Of a stretch of DNA of 64,000 bases, positions 38,074 through 47,362 are shown one piece after another (within the stretch, counting starts at the first letter, position 1; every line of letters starts with the position of its first letter). The notes under the pieces are model-generated. The model had not been told where the DNA came from. It did no database searches and saw only the letters and a list, made by a program, of their open reading frames with translations. Both the position numbers and the translations under genes were made by a program. Source of the DNA: an uncultured Gammaproteobacteria bacterium (lineage in GTDB: Bacteria > Patescibacteriota > Microgenomatia > Levybacterales > GWA1-39-11); the NCBI GenBank assembly GCA_964450885.1, contig CAYVFE010000001.1:246572-310571 (forward strand), read 5' to 3'.

Positions 38074-38379
38074 ATGAAAATAAGAAGAGACGATACAGTA
38101 CAGGTTATGATGGGAAAAGATAAGGGTAAGACCGGAAAAGTCCTTAAGGTAATTCCTGCAAAAAAAATGGTACTGGTTGAAGGATTAAATCAGTTCAAGA
38201 AGCATGTAAAAGGTCAGGTGCAAGGGCAAAAATCTGAAATTGTAACTATCACAAAGCCGATGCATGCGTCTAAAGTGTCGTTAGTCGATCCTAAAAAGAA
38301 GAAACCTACGAGAGTTGGTTACAGAACAGAAAAAGGTGAAAAAATAAGATTTGCGAAAAAATCGCAAGCAACTATATAA
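38074..38379 (+). CDS. rplX: 50S ribosomal protein L24
   Basis: GKDKGKTGKV KOW motif, VEGLN, PTRVG. Confidence 0.97.
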   Translation: MKIRRDDTVQVMMGKDKGKTGKVLKVIPAKKMVLVEGLNQFKKHVKGQVQGQKSEIVTITKPMHASKVSLVDPKKKKPTRVGYRTEKGEKIRFAKKSQATI

Positions 38380-38382
38380 ACA

Positions 38383-38496
38383 ATGAAAGTTAAAGCGTCA
38401 GTTAAAAAAAGATGTTTGAAATGCAAGATTATCCGCAGAAACGGAAAAGTTCTTGTGATTTGTGAGAACCCTCGCCATAAGCAGAGGCAGGGATAG
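38383..38496 (+). CDS. rpmJ: 50S ribosomal protein L36 (zinc type)
   Basis: Below the ORF-track cutoff; manual translation [37 protein letters not shown]. Confidence 0.98.
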   Translation: MKVKASVKKRCLKCKIIRRNGKVLVICENPRHKQRQG

Positions 38497-38510
38497 TATT
38501 TATTAAAATT

Positions 38511-39080
38511 ATGAGTAGTTATAAGAAAGAATTTGAAACAAAAATAAGAGAAGATTTAAAGAAAAAGTTAAATCTTAAGTCAGTTATGGCAGTGCCAAAG
38601 GTAGAAAAAATCACTGTAAATACAAGTATGAAGTCATTTTTACAGGATAAAAAAAATCTGGAAAGAGCTGCTGAGGAGCTGACAATCATAACCGGTCAAA
38701 AACCAAAAGTTGCAGCAGCCAGAACTTCTATCGCGACGTTTAAATTGCGAGAAGGAGATAAAATAGGACTATCAGTAACGCTGCGAGGAAAACGAATGTA
38801 TGATTTTTTGGAAAAACTGATTTCCGTAGTCTTTCCTAGGGTTAAAGATTTTTCAGGGATAGACTTGAAAGCTTTCGACGGACGGGGTAATATAAGCGTC
38901 GGGTTCTCTGAGCAGATAGTTTTTCCAGAAATTGATCCAGGCCAGACCGAGGCAGTAAGATCTTTGCAGGTGACCATCGTTACCAGTGCAAAGAATAATG
39001 AAGAAGGGAAAGCTCTTCTTGAAGCATTCGGAATGCCTTTTAAGAAAATAAATAAAGACGGTATAGCAGTAAAAAATTAA
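38511..39080 (+). CDS. rplE: 50S ribosomal protein L5
   Basis: ITGQKP, FKLREG, VTLRG, FDGRGN, FPEI. Confidence 0.97.
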   Translation: MSSYKKEFETKIREDLKKKLNLKSVMAVPKVEKITVNTSMKSFLQDKKNLERAAEELTIITGQKPKVAAARTSIATFKLREGDKIGLSVTLRGKRMYDFLEKLISVVFPRVKDFSGIDLKAFDGRGNISVGFSEQIVFPEIDPGQTEAVRSLQVTIVTSAKNNEEGKALLEAFGMPFKKINKDGIAVKN

Positions 39081-39081
39081 T

Positions 39082-39267
39082 ATGGCAAAAAAATCGACAA
39101 TAACAAAATTAAGTAAAAAGCAGAAATTTAGTACGCGAGAGGTCAACTTATGCTCTCTTTGTGGAAGAAGCAGAGGCTATATGAGACTTTTTGGAATGTG
39201 CAGGATCTGTTTTAGAGAACGGGCATTAAAGGGTGAATTTCCAGGAGTAAAGAAATCGAGCTGGTAA
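39082..39267 (+). CDS. rpsN: 30S ribosomal protein S14 (zinc type)
   Basis: CSLCGR...[14 protein letters not shown]. Confidence 0.97.
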   Translation: MAKKSTITKLSKKQKFSTREVNLCSLCGRSRGYMRLFGMCRICFRERALKGEFPGVKKSSW

Positions 39268-39275
39268 AAATTATT

Positions 39276-39665
39276 ATGAATTATCCAATAGCATCATTTT
39301 TAACACAAATAAAAAACGCATATATGGCCCGAAAAAAGGTCGTGGTATTTCCTCACTCAAAAATGATTGAGGCAATAGGAAATATCTTGGTGAAGGAAAA
39401 ATTTGTTAAAAGCATAAAAATAACTGAGGATGGTGTCAAAAAGAATGTTGAGGTTGGGCTTTTGTATCATAGCCACGAACCGGCGCTTTCCGAGGTAAAA
39501 ATAGTTTCTAAGCCCTCGATTCATACTTATGCAAAAAAAGATGACGTAAGGCACGGAATAAATAGATTTAAGACAAATATTTTGTCTACCAATCAGGGGG
39601 TTATGACAGCAAAAGACGCAATGAAGAAAAAAATAGGCGGAGAGGTTCTCTGTACAATAAGTTAA
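39276..39665 (+). CDS. rpsH: 30S ribosomal protein S8
   Basis: LTQIKNA, VSKPS, STNQGVMT, IGGEVLC. Confidence 0.96.
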   Translation: MNYPIASFLTQIKNAYMARKKVVVFPHSKMIEAIGNILVKEKFVKSIKITEDGVKKNVEVGLLYHSHEPALSEVKIVSKPSIHTYAKKDDVRHGINRFKTNILSTNQGVMTAKDAMKKKIGGEVLCTIS

Positions 39666-39666
39666 T

Positions 39667-40206
39667 ATGTCACATATAGGAAAACAACCAATAAATATTG
39701 AATCAGGTGTCGAGATGGTAATTGATGAAAGAGAGATTAGCGTTAAAGGGCCTAAGGGAACTTTGGGTTGGACTCTTCCGAAAGGAATAGGAATTGATTT
39801 GAAGGATAATGTAGCCACAGTTGTCATGAAAAAAGATGACAAAAATCTTTTGAAGTTTTACGGCCTGACACGATCACTTGTCGCAAATATGGTTACTGGA
39901 GTTACTAAGGGGTTTGATAAAAAGCTTGAGATGGCAGGAGTTGGATATAGAGCAAGAGTAGACGGAAGAAGCTTAGTTCTAAATGTCGGATACTCTCATC
40001 CGGTAAAAATTGATCCACCTGAGGGAATCACAATTCAGGTAGAAGAGGGAGTAATAGTTGTGAGTGGAATAAATAAGCAATTAGTAGGAGATATAGCTAG
40101 TAAAATAAGAGCTGTCAGAAAGCCCGAGCCATACAAGGGTAAAGGAATAAAATATGTAGGAGAAAAGATAAGACGTAAAGCTGGAAAGGCAGCAAAGTCA
40201 GCATAA
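39667..40206 (+). CDS. rplF: 50S ribosomal protein L6
   Basis: VKGPKG, GVGYRA, GYSHPV, PEPYKGKGI. Confidence 0.97.
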   Translation: MSHIGKQPINIESGVEMVIDEREISVKGPKGTLGWTLPKGIGIDLKDNVATVVMKKDDKNLLKFYGLTRSLVANMVTGVTKGFDKKLEMAGVGYRARVDGRSLVLNVGYSHPVKIDPPEGITIQVEEGVIVVSGINKQLVGDIASKIRAVRKPEPYKGKGIKYVGEKIRRKAGKAAKSA

Positions 40207-40211
40207 CAATT

Positions 40212-40550
40212 ATGAAAGATCTAGTTTTAACAAGAAAAAAAAGAGCAATCAGGACGAGGTATAATATAGCTGGGAGTCAGAGAGCAAGACTTAGCGTATT
40301 TCGTTCGAATAAATATCTTTATGCTCAAGTAATCGATAAAAGTGGTGCAAAAGTGATTGCTAGCGCTACATCCAAGCAGTACGAAGGTTTAAATAAAACC
40401 CAAGCTGCGCAGAAGCTAGGAGAGGATTTTGCAAAGATTGTTATCGATAAAAAGATAAAAGATGTGGTTTTTGATAAAGGGTCTTATAAATATCATGGGA
40501 TCATAAAGGCTTTTGCAGACTCTGCTCGAAAGGGAGGATTAAATTTCTAA
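40212..40550 (+). CDS. rplR: 50S ribosomal protein L18
   Basis: RLSVFRSNK, VVFDKGSYKYHG. Confidence 0.96.
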   Translation: MKDLVLTRKKRAIRTRYNIAGSQRARLSVFRSNKYLYAQVIDKSGAKVIASATSKQYEGLNKTQAAQKLGEDFAKIVIDKKIKDVVFDKGSYKYHGIIKAFADSARKGGLNF

Positions 40551-40551
40551 T

Positions 40552-41004
40552 ATGTACGACTATAACCAAGATAGAGAAAAATACGAGGAAAAGATAGTCC
40601 AGATAAATAGGGTATCTAAAAAGACTAAAGGCGGAAACACCATGAGGTTTTCGGTGCTGGTTGTTGTTGGAGACAAAAAGGGGAAAGTTGGAGTAGGGCT
40701 AGGAAAATCGTCAGATATAGCATCAGCTATCCAAAAGGCAGTGTCTTATGCAAAAAGACACTTTATAGATGTGCCGATAGTAAATGATACTATTCCTCAC
40801 GATATTTATCTAAAGCTGGGAGCATCGAAGATACTCTTGAAGCCTGCGCCTCAGGGAAGCGGTCTTATCGCAGGAGGGGCAGTCAGAAGCGTTGTGGAGG
40901 CTGCCGGAATCAGGAATATTTCGTCAAAGATACTGGGAACAAACAATAAGGCAAGCAATGTTCATGCAACATTTGCGGCCCTAGAGAAATTGAATAATAA
41001 CTAA
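40552..41004 (+). CDS. rpsE: 30S ribosomal protein S5
   Basis: INRVSKKTKGG, VVVGD, GSGLIAGG. Confidence 0.97.
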   Translation: MYDYNQDREKYEEKIVQINRVSKKTKGGNTMRFSVLVVVGDKKGKVGVGLGKSSDIASAIQKAVSYAKRHFIDVPIVNDTIPHDIYLKLGASKILLKPAPQGSGLIAGGAVRSVVEAAGIRNISSKILGTNNKASNVHATFAALEKLNNN

Positions 41005-41005
41005 T

Positions 41006-41449
41006 ATGACAAAACTAGATAATCTACAGAAAATAACGAAAAAGCCTTTAAGAAGATTAGGTCAAGGACACGGTTCCAATAGAGGAAAGACTGCAGGGAG
41101 AGGTATGAAGGGACAAAAGGCACGAACAAAAATTTCCCTTTCATTTGAAGGTGGAGCATTGCCTTTGATCAAGAGGTTGCCTCTACTTCGTGGTAAAGGA
41201 CGAAATTATACACTCAAAAAAGATTTTTACGGAGTAAATGTTAGATCTCTTGAGGCTCTCCCAGCGAAAACTATAGTTGATGAAAAGAGTCTACTAAAGT
41301 ACAATATTATTTCTAAAGATAATATGAAAAGAAGTGCTGGTATAAAAATATTGGGAAATGGAGAGCTTTCCAAGTCACTTACAGTAAAACTTCAAGTTTC
41401 AAAAGGAGCGAGAGAAAAAATCGAGTCTGCAGGTGGATCTGTAGAATAG
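41006..41449 (+). CDS. rplO: 50S ribosomal protein L15
   Basis: GKTAGRGMKGQKAR, FEGG, KILGNGE. Confidence 0.96.
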   Translation: MTKLDNLQKITKKPLRRLGQGHGSNRGKTAGRGMKGQKARTKISLSFEGGALPLIKRLPLLRGKGRNYTLKKDFYGVNVRSLEALPAKTIVDEKSLLKYNIISKDNMKRSAGIKILGNGELSKSLTVKLQVSKGAREKIESAGGSVE

Positions 41450-41456
41450 AAATATC

Positions 41457-42743
41457 ATGGGGAAAGCACTTGACGTTATCAAAAAAATCTTTAAAGACCC
41501 CGAACTCAGAAAAAAAATCCTAATAGTTTTAGGTCTTCTTTTAGTATTTAGATTTCTGGCACATATTCCGGTTGCAGGAGTAAATATAAATCAGCTTAGG
41601 TCTCTTTTTGACCAGAATCAGTTCTTGGGACTTTTGGATATTTTCTCAGGAGGAACTTTGTCTAACTTCTCTATTCTTGCAGTTGGAATCGGACCATACA
41701 TCTATGCCTCTATCGTGATGCAGCTTTCAGCAAAAATTTATCCGAAACTAGAAGAGCTTCAAAAAGAGGGTGAATATGGAAAAAAGAAAATAACACAATA
41801 TACCAGATACGCTACTGTTCCTTTGGGTATTCTTCAATCCATAGGTATGTACACTTTGCTTCGCAGTCAGGGGCTTATTGGAAATCTATCACCGATTGAT
41901 CTTGTTGCATTTATCGCGACCATGCTTGCCGGAACGATGCTTATTATGTGGATTGGAGAGATAATTTCTGAGCAGAATATCGGGAATGGAATCTCTTTGA
42001 TAATTTTTGCAGGTATTGTCGGGCAGCTTCCAGTTGCTGCTTTTCAGGTTATAACTACCATAAATCCGGAGCAGGTTATAAATATGATGATGTTAACGCT
42101 TATCGGAATACTCGTTATCGCGGCTATAGTTTTCGTCAACGAGTCTATCAGAAAAGTCCCTATTATGTATGCAAAAAGAATTAGGGGAGCAAATTCTCAA
42201 GCAGCACAGTCCACGCATTTACCATTGAGACTTAATTCTGCAGGTGTTATTCCTATTATCTTTGCGATTTCACTTGTGCTTCTTCCATCTCTTTTGGCAA
42301 ACTATTTTGTAGCATCCAGCAACGAGCAGCTGGCAGCGCTCGGTACATGGATAATAGCTAACTTTGGGGTAACAAGCGTGCTTTATAACGTTGTATATTT
42401 CGGGCTTATATTCGGATTCACTTATTTTTATACCGCTATAATCTTTAATCCAAAAGACATCGCCGAGAATGTGCAGCAAAGCGGTGGATTTATACCGGGG
42501 ATCCGCCCTGGCAAACAGACAGAAAAGTATCTTAACTTTATTATTACCAGAATTACCTTATTTGGAGCATTATTTTTAGGAATTGTTGCGATTCTTCCGA
42601 ATGTACTACAGGCATATACTGGTATTCAGACCCTAGTTATCGGTGGAACTAGTATTCTGATTGTCGTGACAGTTGTTATAGAGACTGTAAAGGTTTTGCA
42701 AGTTCAACTCGTTAATAGAAGCTACGACAAATTTCTCCAATAA
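41457..42743 (+). CDS. secY: Preprotein translocase SecY
   Basis: GIGPYI, GNGISLIIF, AGVIPIIFA, FIPGIRPG, GGTSILIVV. Confidence 0.98.
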   Translation: MGKALDVIKKIFKDPELRKKILIVLGLLLVFRFLAHIPVAGVNINQLRSLFDQNQFLGLLDIFSGGTLSNFSILAVGIGPYIYASIVMQLSAKIYPKLEELQKEGEYGKKKITQYTRYATVPLGILQSIGMYTLLRSQGLIGNLSPIDLVAFIATMLAGTMLIMWIGEIISEQNIGNGISLIIFAGIVGQLPVAAFQVITTINPEQVINMMMLTLIGILVIAAIVFVNESIRKVPIMYAKRIRGANSQAAQSTHLPLRLNSAGVIPIIFAISLVLLPSLLANYFVASSNEQLAALGTWIIANFGVTSVLYNVVYFGLIFGFTYFYTAIIFNPKDIAENVQQSGGFIPGIRPGKQTEKYLNFIITRITLFGALFLGIVAILPNVLQAYTGIQTLVIGGTSILIVVTVVIETVKVLQVQLVNRSYDKFLQ

Positions 42744-42747
42744 CTCC

Positions 42748-43284
42748 ATGAAAATAATTCTAATAGGTATTCAGGGCTCTGGTAAATCCACTCAAGGAAA
42801 TCTCCTGTCCGAAAAACTTAATATCCCATATCTATCTACAGGGCACATATTCCGTAAAATAGCCAAAGAAAAGACACCATTTGGTAGATATATCAAGGAG
42901 ACTTTAAATGCTGGAGTCCTCATTCCTGATGATAAGACACTCGAGATAGTAGATGACTATTTGGGACGCGCCGAGTATAAGGAGGGATATATACTTGATG
43001 GATTTCCTAGGACTGTAAAGCAAGCAGAGCAATTTCACGAGAAAATTGATTGTGTTTTTTATCTGAATGTTTCCGATCGTGAAGCATTGTGGAGGCTTTC
43101 TTATCGTGAAGATGAGCGTGAGGATGAGACTCTTCTCGCTCTTCGCAAAAGAATAGAATTATTTCATGAGTTGACAGAGCCAGTTTTAGGTTATTATAGA
43201 GAAAAGGAGATATTAACTGAGTTAGATGGTGAGGAATCAATAGAGCAAATCAATAAAAAAATCTTGGAGAAAATAGATAAATAA
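42748..43284 (+). CDS. adk: Adenylate kinase, short-LID type
   Basis: GIQGSGKST, LSTG, ILDGFPRT; position after secY. Confidence 0.9.
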   Translation: MKIILIGIQGSGKSTQGNLLSEKLNIPYLSTGHIFRKIAKEKTPFGRYIKETLNAGVLIPDDKTLEIVDDYLGRAEYKEGYILDGFPRTVKQAEQFHEKIDCVFYLNVSDREALWRLSYREDEREDETLLALRKRIELFHELTEPVLGYYREKEILTELDGEESIEQINKKILEKIDK

Positions 43285-43288
43285 TCCC

Positions 43289-43840
43289 ATGGATGATAAA
43301 AAAATACTTGCCTTTGTAGGGATGCCTGGCGCCGGCAAGAGTGAAGCAGCTGCATATTTACAAGAAAAAAACATTCCATTTATTAGGTTTGGTAGCTTTA
43401 CCGATGAGGGGGTTAAGTCTTTAGGCATGGAGTTGAATCCAGATAACGAAAGGATCGTTAGGGAAAAATTTAGAGAAGAGTTAGGAATGGCCGCCTACGC
43501 CATTAAGGCAGAGCCAAAAATTTCTGAAATGCTAAAAACGTCTCAAATGGTAGGTATTGACGGATTATATTCATGGGAAGAATACGTCTTTCTAAAAGAA
43601 AAATTTCCAAATCTAATTTTAGTGCATATTTTCGCAGAACCTAAAGTTCGCTATGAAAGATTGTTAAATAGGCCAATCAGGCCAATCCCAATGGACAAGT
43701 CCCGTGAAAGAGACATTGCTGAACTGGAAAAACTAAATAAGGGCGGTCCCATCGCTATTGCAGATTATATAATTGAAAACGAAGGCGATTTAAATGAAAT
43801 GAAAAGTAAGATAGATAGGCTTTTAAATAGACTGGGTTAA
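43289..43840 (+). CDS. P-loop kinase, dephospho-CoA kinase-like / UPF0200-type
   Basis: VGMPGAGKS, IDGLYSWEE, RDIAELE, IAIADYIIEN. Confidence 0.7.
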   Translation: MDDKKILAFVGMPGAGKSEAAAYLQEKNIPFIRFGSFTDEGVKSLGMELNPDNERIVREKFREELGMAAYAIKAEPKISEMLKTSQMVGIDGLYSWEEYVFLKEKFPNLILVHIFAEPKVRYERLLNRPIRPIPMDKSRERDIAELEKLNKGGPIAIADYIIENEGDLNEMKSKIDRLLNRLG

Positions 43841-43842
43841 TT

Positions 43843-44613
43843 ATGGACGATAAGACAAAGAAAAAAATAGAGATAATGCAGAGGGCTGGCGCCATACTCG
43901 GACAGGTAATGGATGAGATAGTAGTTTTTGTGAAAGAAGGTGTAACAGAGCTTGATGTAGATAGGCTTGCTGAGCGGAGAATCCTGGAGCTCGGGGGAGA
44001 GCCTGGATTCAAGAAAGTCGAGGGGTATAAGCACACAATTTGTGCTTCAACAAATGACGTTGTAGTACATGGCATTCCACAAAACAGAAAGCTTGAAAAT
44101 GGCGATGTATTTGGATTTGACTGTGGTGTTTATCTTGAAGGATTTCATACGGATATGGCCGAGAGTGTTATCGTAGGCGAGGGTGATAGTGGCAAGGTAA
44201 AATTCCTTGATGTGGGTAAAAAAGCTCTTTTTAAAGCTATTTCTGAGGCAAAACCGGGGAATCACGTAGGAAATATCTCGAAAGTAATGCAAGAAGGCAT
44301 AGAAGGTAACGGATACAGTATAGTTAGAAGTCTTGTTGGGCATGGGGTAGGAAAAGAGTTACATGAAGAGCCGGAAATTCCAGGATATCTTGAGAGAAGT
44401 ATTGATAAGACGCCACAATTATATAGAGGCATGACGCTTGCTATCGAGGTGATTTATAATATGGGAAAAGCAGACGTTGTCTTTGAAGGATCAGACGATT
44501 GGACTATAGTATCTGAAGACGGATCCCTGGCTGGCCTTTTTGAGAGGACGATATATATTGATGACAATGGGCCTAAATTGATCACAAAACTGTCATCAGA
44601 CACATTAAATTAG
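43843..44613 (+). CDS. map: Methionine aminopeptidase type I
   Basis: VVHGIP, GFHTDMA, GHGVGKELHEEP, LAIE, FERT. Confidence 0.95.
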   Translation: MDDKTKKKIEIMQRAGAILGQVMDEIVVFVKEGVTELDVDRLAERRILELGGEPGFKKVEGYKHTICASTNDVVVHGIPQNRKLENGDVFGFDCGVYLEGFHTDMAESVIVGEGDSGKVKFLDVGKKALFKAISEAKPGNHVGNISKVMQEGIEGNGYSIVRSLVGHGVGKELHEEPEIPGYLERSIDKTPQLYRGMTLAIEVIYNMGKADVVFEGSDDWTIVSEDGSLAGLFERTIYIDDNGPKLITKLSSDTLN

Positions 44614-44629
44614 CAAGTTCAAATGAGGC

Positions 44630-44658
44630 TTGCGAATAAGCTTACTATTTGTTAAAAT
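44630..44658 (+). promoter_or_regulatory. Internal promoter for infA/alpha operon
   Basis: TTGCGA-N17-TAAAAT with extended TG. Confidence 0.6.
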
Positions 44659-44683
44659 TGGAAGAATTATTGGAGCAATATAT

Positions 44684-44899
44684 ATGGCTCATCAAGGATC
44701 AGTAGAGATAGACGGGATTGTAAAAGAGGTTTTACCTAACACCCTTTTTAGGGTTGAAATAGAAGGAGGAAAGTTAATACTCTGTCATCTATCCGGAAAA
44801 ATGAGAATTCATTTTATAAAGATATTACCGGGAGATAGAGTAAAAATCGAGATGACTCCTTACGATACAGAGAAAGGTAGAATAATTTATCGTTATTAA
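44684..44899 (+). CDS. infA: Translation initiation factor IF-1
   Basis: [32 protein letters not shown]; start reassigned to ATG 44684. Confidence 0.97.
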   Translation: MAHQGSVEIDGIVKEVLPNTLFRVEIEGGKLILCHLSGKMRIHFIKILPGDRVKIEMTPYDTEKGRIIYRY

Positions 44900-44934
44900 T
44901 AACTTCTTAAAAAATCCCACAAAGTAAAAAAAAT

Positions 44935-45327
44935 ATGAGAGTAGCAGGAGTAAACATACCGGACGGAAAAAGGGTTGATATTTCATTAACCTATATATAT
45001 GGTATTGGTAGAAATATGGTAGGTGAAATCCTGGAAAAGGCAGGAATAGATCCTACGACTAGAACTAACAAGCTAACAGACGAAGAGGTAATTAAGTTAC
45101 AAAAGACCTTAGACAAGTACAAAATAGAGGGAGATTTACGGGCAGACAGAACGTCAAACATTAAAAGACTTAGGGATATCAATTCTTATAGAGGAACAAG
45201 ACACACGAGAGGACTGCCAGCCAGAGGACAAAGAACTCGTTCAAATGCTAGGACAAAGCGGGGAAAGAGAGTAACGATTGGTGCTATAAGAAAAGACGTA
45301 GCGGAGAAAATGGCAGCTAGTAAATAA
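44935..45327 (+). CDS. rpsM: 30S ribosomal protein S13
   Basis: LTYIYGIG, YRGTRH, RGQRTRSNART. Confidence 0.97.
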   Translation: MRVAGVNIPDGKRVDISLTYIYGIGRNMVGEILEKAGIDPTTRTNKLTDEEVIKLQKTLDKYKIEGDLRADRTSNIKRLRDINSYRGTRHTRGLPARGQRTRSNARTKRGKRVTIGAIRKDVAEKMAASK

Positions 45328-45334
45328 ATAAAAT

Positions 45335-45733
45335 ATGGCAAATACAGCAAAAAATAAAAAGACGGTAAAAAAACAAACGGTTGTCTCTACTGGTAAGGGC
45401 AAGATTTTTGTTGGAACGACCTTCAATAATACGATAGTGACTATTACTAACGAAAAAGGAGACGTGGTTGCATGGAGCAGCAGCGGAAAAGCAGGATTTA
45501 AGGGAGCAAGACGTTCTACTCCTTATGCCGCAACTCAGGCAGTAGAAGAATCACTAGCGAAAGCACGAGAGGTGGGTATTAAATCTCTTGATGTTTATAT
45601 AAAAGGTCCAGGAGTTGGACGTGATGCATCATTGCGCGCAGTCAGAAATTCAGGAATGGGAATCTCTATGATAGCGGATGTAACACCAATTCCTCACAAC
45701 GGCCCGAGAGGAAAGAAAAGAAGGAGAGTTTAA
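45335..45733 (+). CDS. rpsK: 30S ribosomal protein S11
   Basis: FNNTIVTIT, STPYAA, KGPGVGR, DVTPIPHNG. Confidence 0.97.
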   Translation: MANTAKNKKTVKKQTVVSTGKGKIFVGTTFNNTIVTITNEKGDVVAWSSSGKAGFKGARRSTPYAATQAVEESLAKAREVGIKSLDVYIKGPGVGRDASLRAVRNSGMGISMIADVTPIPHNGPRGKKRRRV

Positions 45734-45735
45734 TT

Positions 45736-46344
45736 ATGGCAAGATACACAGGTCCAAAACATAAATTAGCGAGACGAGAAGGCGTAAACATAATAGGTAA
45801 AGCCTCTCAATCTCTTGAGAGAAGGCTCAATGTTCTTCCTGGATCTCTGGGAAGAAGATCTAGACGCTCAAGACCTTCGGAATATGGACTGCAGCTTCGA
45901 GAAAAACAAAAATTAAAGAGAATTTATGGACTTTTCGAGAAGCAATTCAGAAAGAACGTTATAGAAGCAGAACGTATGAGTGAAAATACAGAAGAGGCTC
46001 TAATTCAGCTTTTGGAATCGAGACTAGATAATGTCGTGTACCGTTTGGGATTTGCGCCTAGCAGGCCTATGGCACGCCAAATGGTATCTCATGGACACAT
46101 CAAGGTTAATGGAAAAAGACTAAATATTCCATCATATAAAGTAAAAATTGGAGAAAAAATAACAGTTTCGGAGAAGTTTGTTGCAAATGAAATCAACAAG
46201 AAAATGATTGAAGATAATCAAACAGAGCTGCTTCCTAGCCTATCGAAGGATAAAATGACCGGAGAGATGAAGAGGATGCCAAAAAGCGAAGAAATAGCAA
46301 ATCCAGTAGAATATCAATTAGTTATTGAATTTTACTCTCGTTAG
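45736..46344 (+). CDS. rpsD: 30S ribosomal protein S4
   Basis: MARYTGP, QLREKQK, LESRLDNVVYR, IEFYSR. Confidence 0.97.
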   Translation: MARYTGPKHKLARREGVNIIGKASQSLERRLNVLPGSLGRRSRRSRPSEYGLQLREKQKLKRIYGLFEKQFRKNVIEAERMSENTEEALIQLLESRLDNVVYRLGFAPSRPMARQMVSHGHIKVNGKRLNIPSYKVKIGEKITVSEKFVANEINKKMIEDNQTELLPSLSKDKMTGEMKRMPKSEEIANPVEYQLVIEFYSR

Positions 46345-46368
46345 TAGTAAAATTAACTTTTGTTGAAC

Positions 46369-47298
46369 ATGAATAGACCAACATTTCAAGTAAAAGAGGA
46401 AAAAAAGGAAAACGGATATACTCAATTTGTTATTGAGCCGTTAGAGCCTGGATTCGGACACACATTGGGTGTCGCGCTTAGACGTGTGCTTTTGACTAAC
46501 ATCGAAGGCGCAGCTGTCACCTCTGTAAAGATAGATGGTGTACAGCACATGTTCTCTACACTAACAGGTCTCAAAGAAGACATAATTGAGCTTATATTTA
46601 ATATAAAAACTCTCCGTGTTAAACTTCCTGAAGGAGTATCTTCTGCAAAACTAATTCTAGAAAAAACTGGTCCCGGTGATATAACTGGTGCCGATGTAGA
46701 AGGTAAAGACGGAGCAGAGATAGTTGATCCAAAGCATTATCTGGGTAATCTTGCAGACAAAAAAGCAAAGATTTCTGTCGAAATGACTGTAGAAAAGGGA
46801 TTTGGCTATTCTCTTGCAGCAGAAAGAGAAATTACAACGGTTGGAGTCATCCCGATTGATGCAATCTATACTCCTGTAACGAAAGTTAACTACAAAGTTG
46901 AACCTACACGCGTTGGAGGACAAACAAATTATGACAAATTGATTCTTGAAGTTTCAACTGATGGCAGTGTTGATGCAAAAGAAGCAGTTGATACTGCAAG
47001 CTCAATCCTGGTCTCTTACTTCAAACAGGTTTATTCACCTGATCAAGAGGATAGTGAAAGTGTAGTAGCAAGCGGAGAGAGCAAAGTAAAACAGGTTGGA
47101 GAAGATGTAACCGTAGATGAATTAGATCTACCTACAAGAATTTATAATAGCTTGAAGAATGCAGGAATGGAGACTGTCGCAGATATTCTTAATACTCCAC
47201 GCAAGGAGCTTATGGCATACAGAAATTTGGGAGCGAAATCGCTTTCGATAATTGAAGAGGCGCTAGATAAAAAAGGAATTGAATTTAGCAGCAAATAA
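46369..47298 (+). CDS. rpoA: RNA polymerase alpha subunit
   Basis: EPLEPGFGHTLG, LRRVLL, IDAIYTPV, NLGAKS; start ATG 46369 or TTG 46360. Confidence 0.97.
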   Translation: MNRPTFQVKEEKKENGYTQFVIEPLEPGFGHTLGVALRRVLLTNIEGAAVTSVKIDGVQHMFSTLTGLKEDIIELIFNIKTLRVKLPEGVSSAKLILEKTGPGDITGADVEGKDGAEIVDPKHYLGNLADKKAKISVEMTVEKGFGYSLAAEREITTVGVIPIDAIYTPVTKVNYKVEPTRVGGQTNYDKLILEVSTDGSVDAKEAVDTASSILVSYFKQVYSPDQEDSESVVASGESKVKQVGEDVTVDELDLPTRIYNSLKNAGMETVADILNTPRKELMAYRNLGAKSLSIIEEALDKKGIEFSSK

Positions 47299-47325
47299 AT
47301 TTAACGGTTCTTAAAAGTTACAATC

Positions 47326-47351
47326 ATGCGTCAAGGTGACGCATTTTTTTT
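47326..47351 (+). terminator. Terminator-like hairpin between rpoA and rplQ
   Basis: ATGCGTCA-AGG-TGACGCAT plus T-run. Confidence 0.7.
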
Positions 47352-47362
47352 ACGAATGATAT

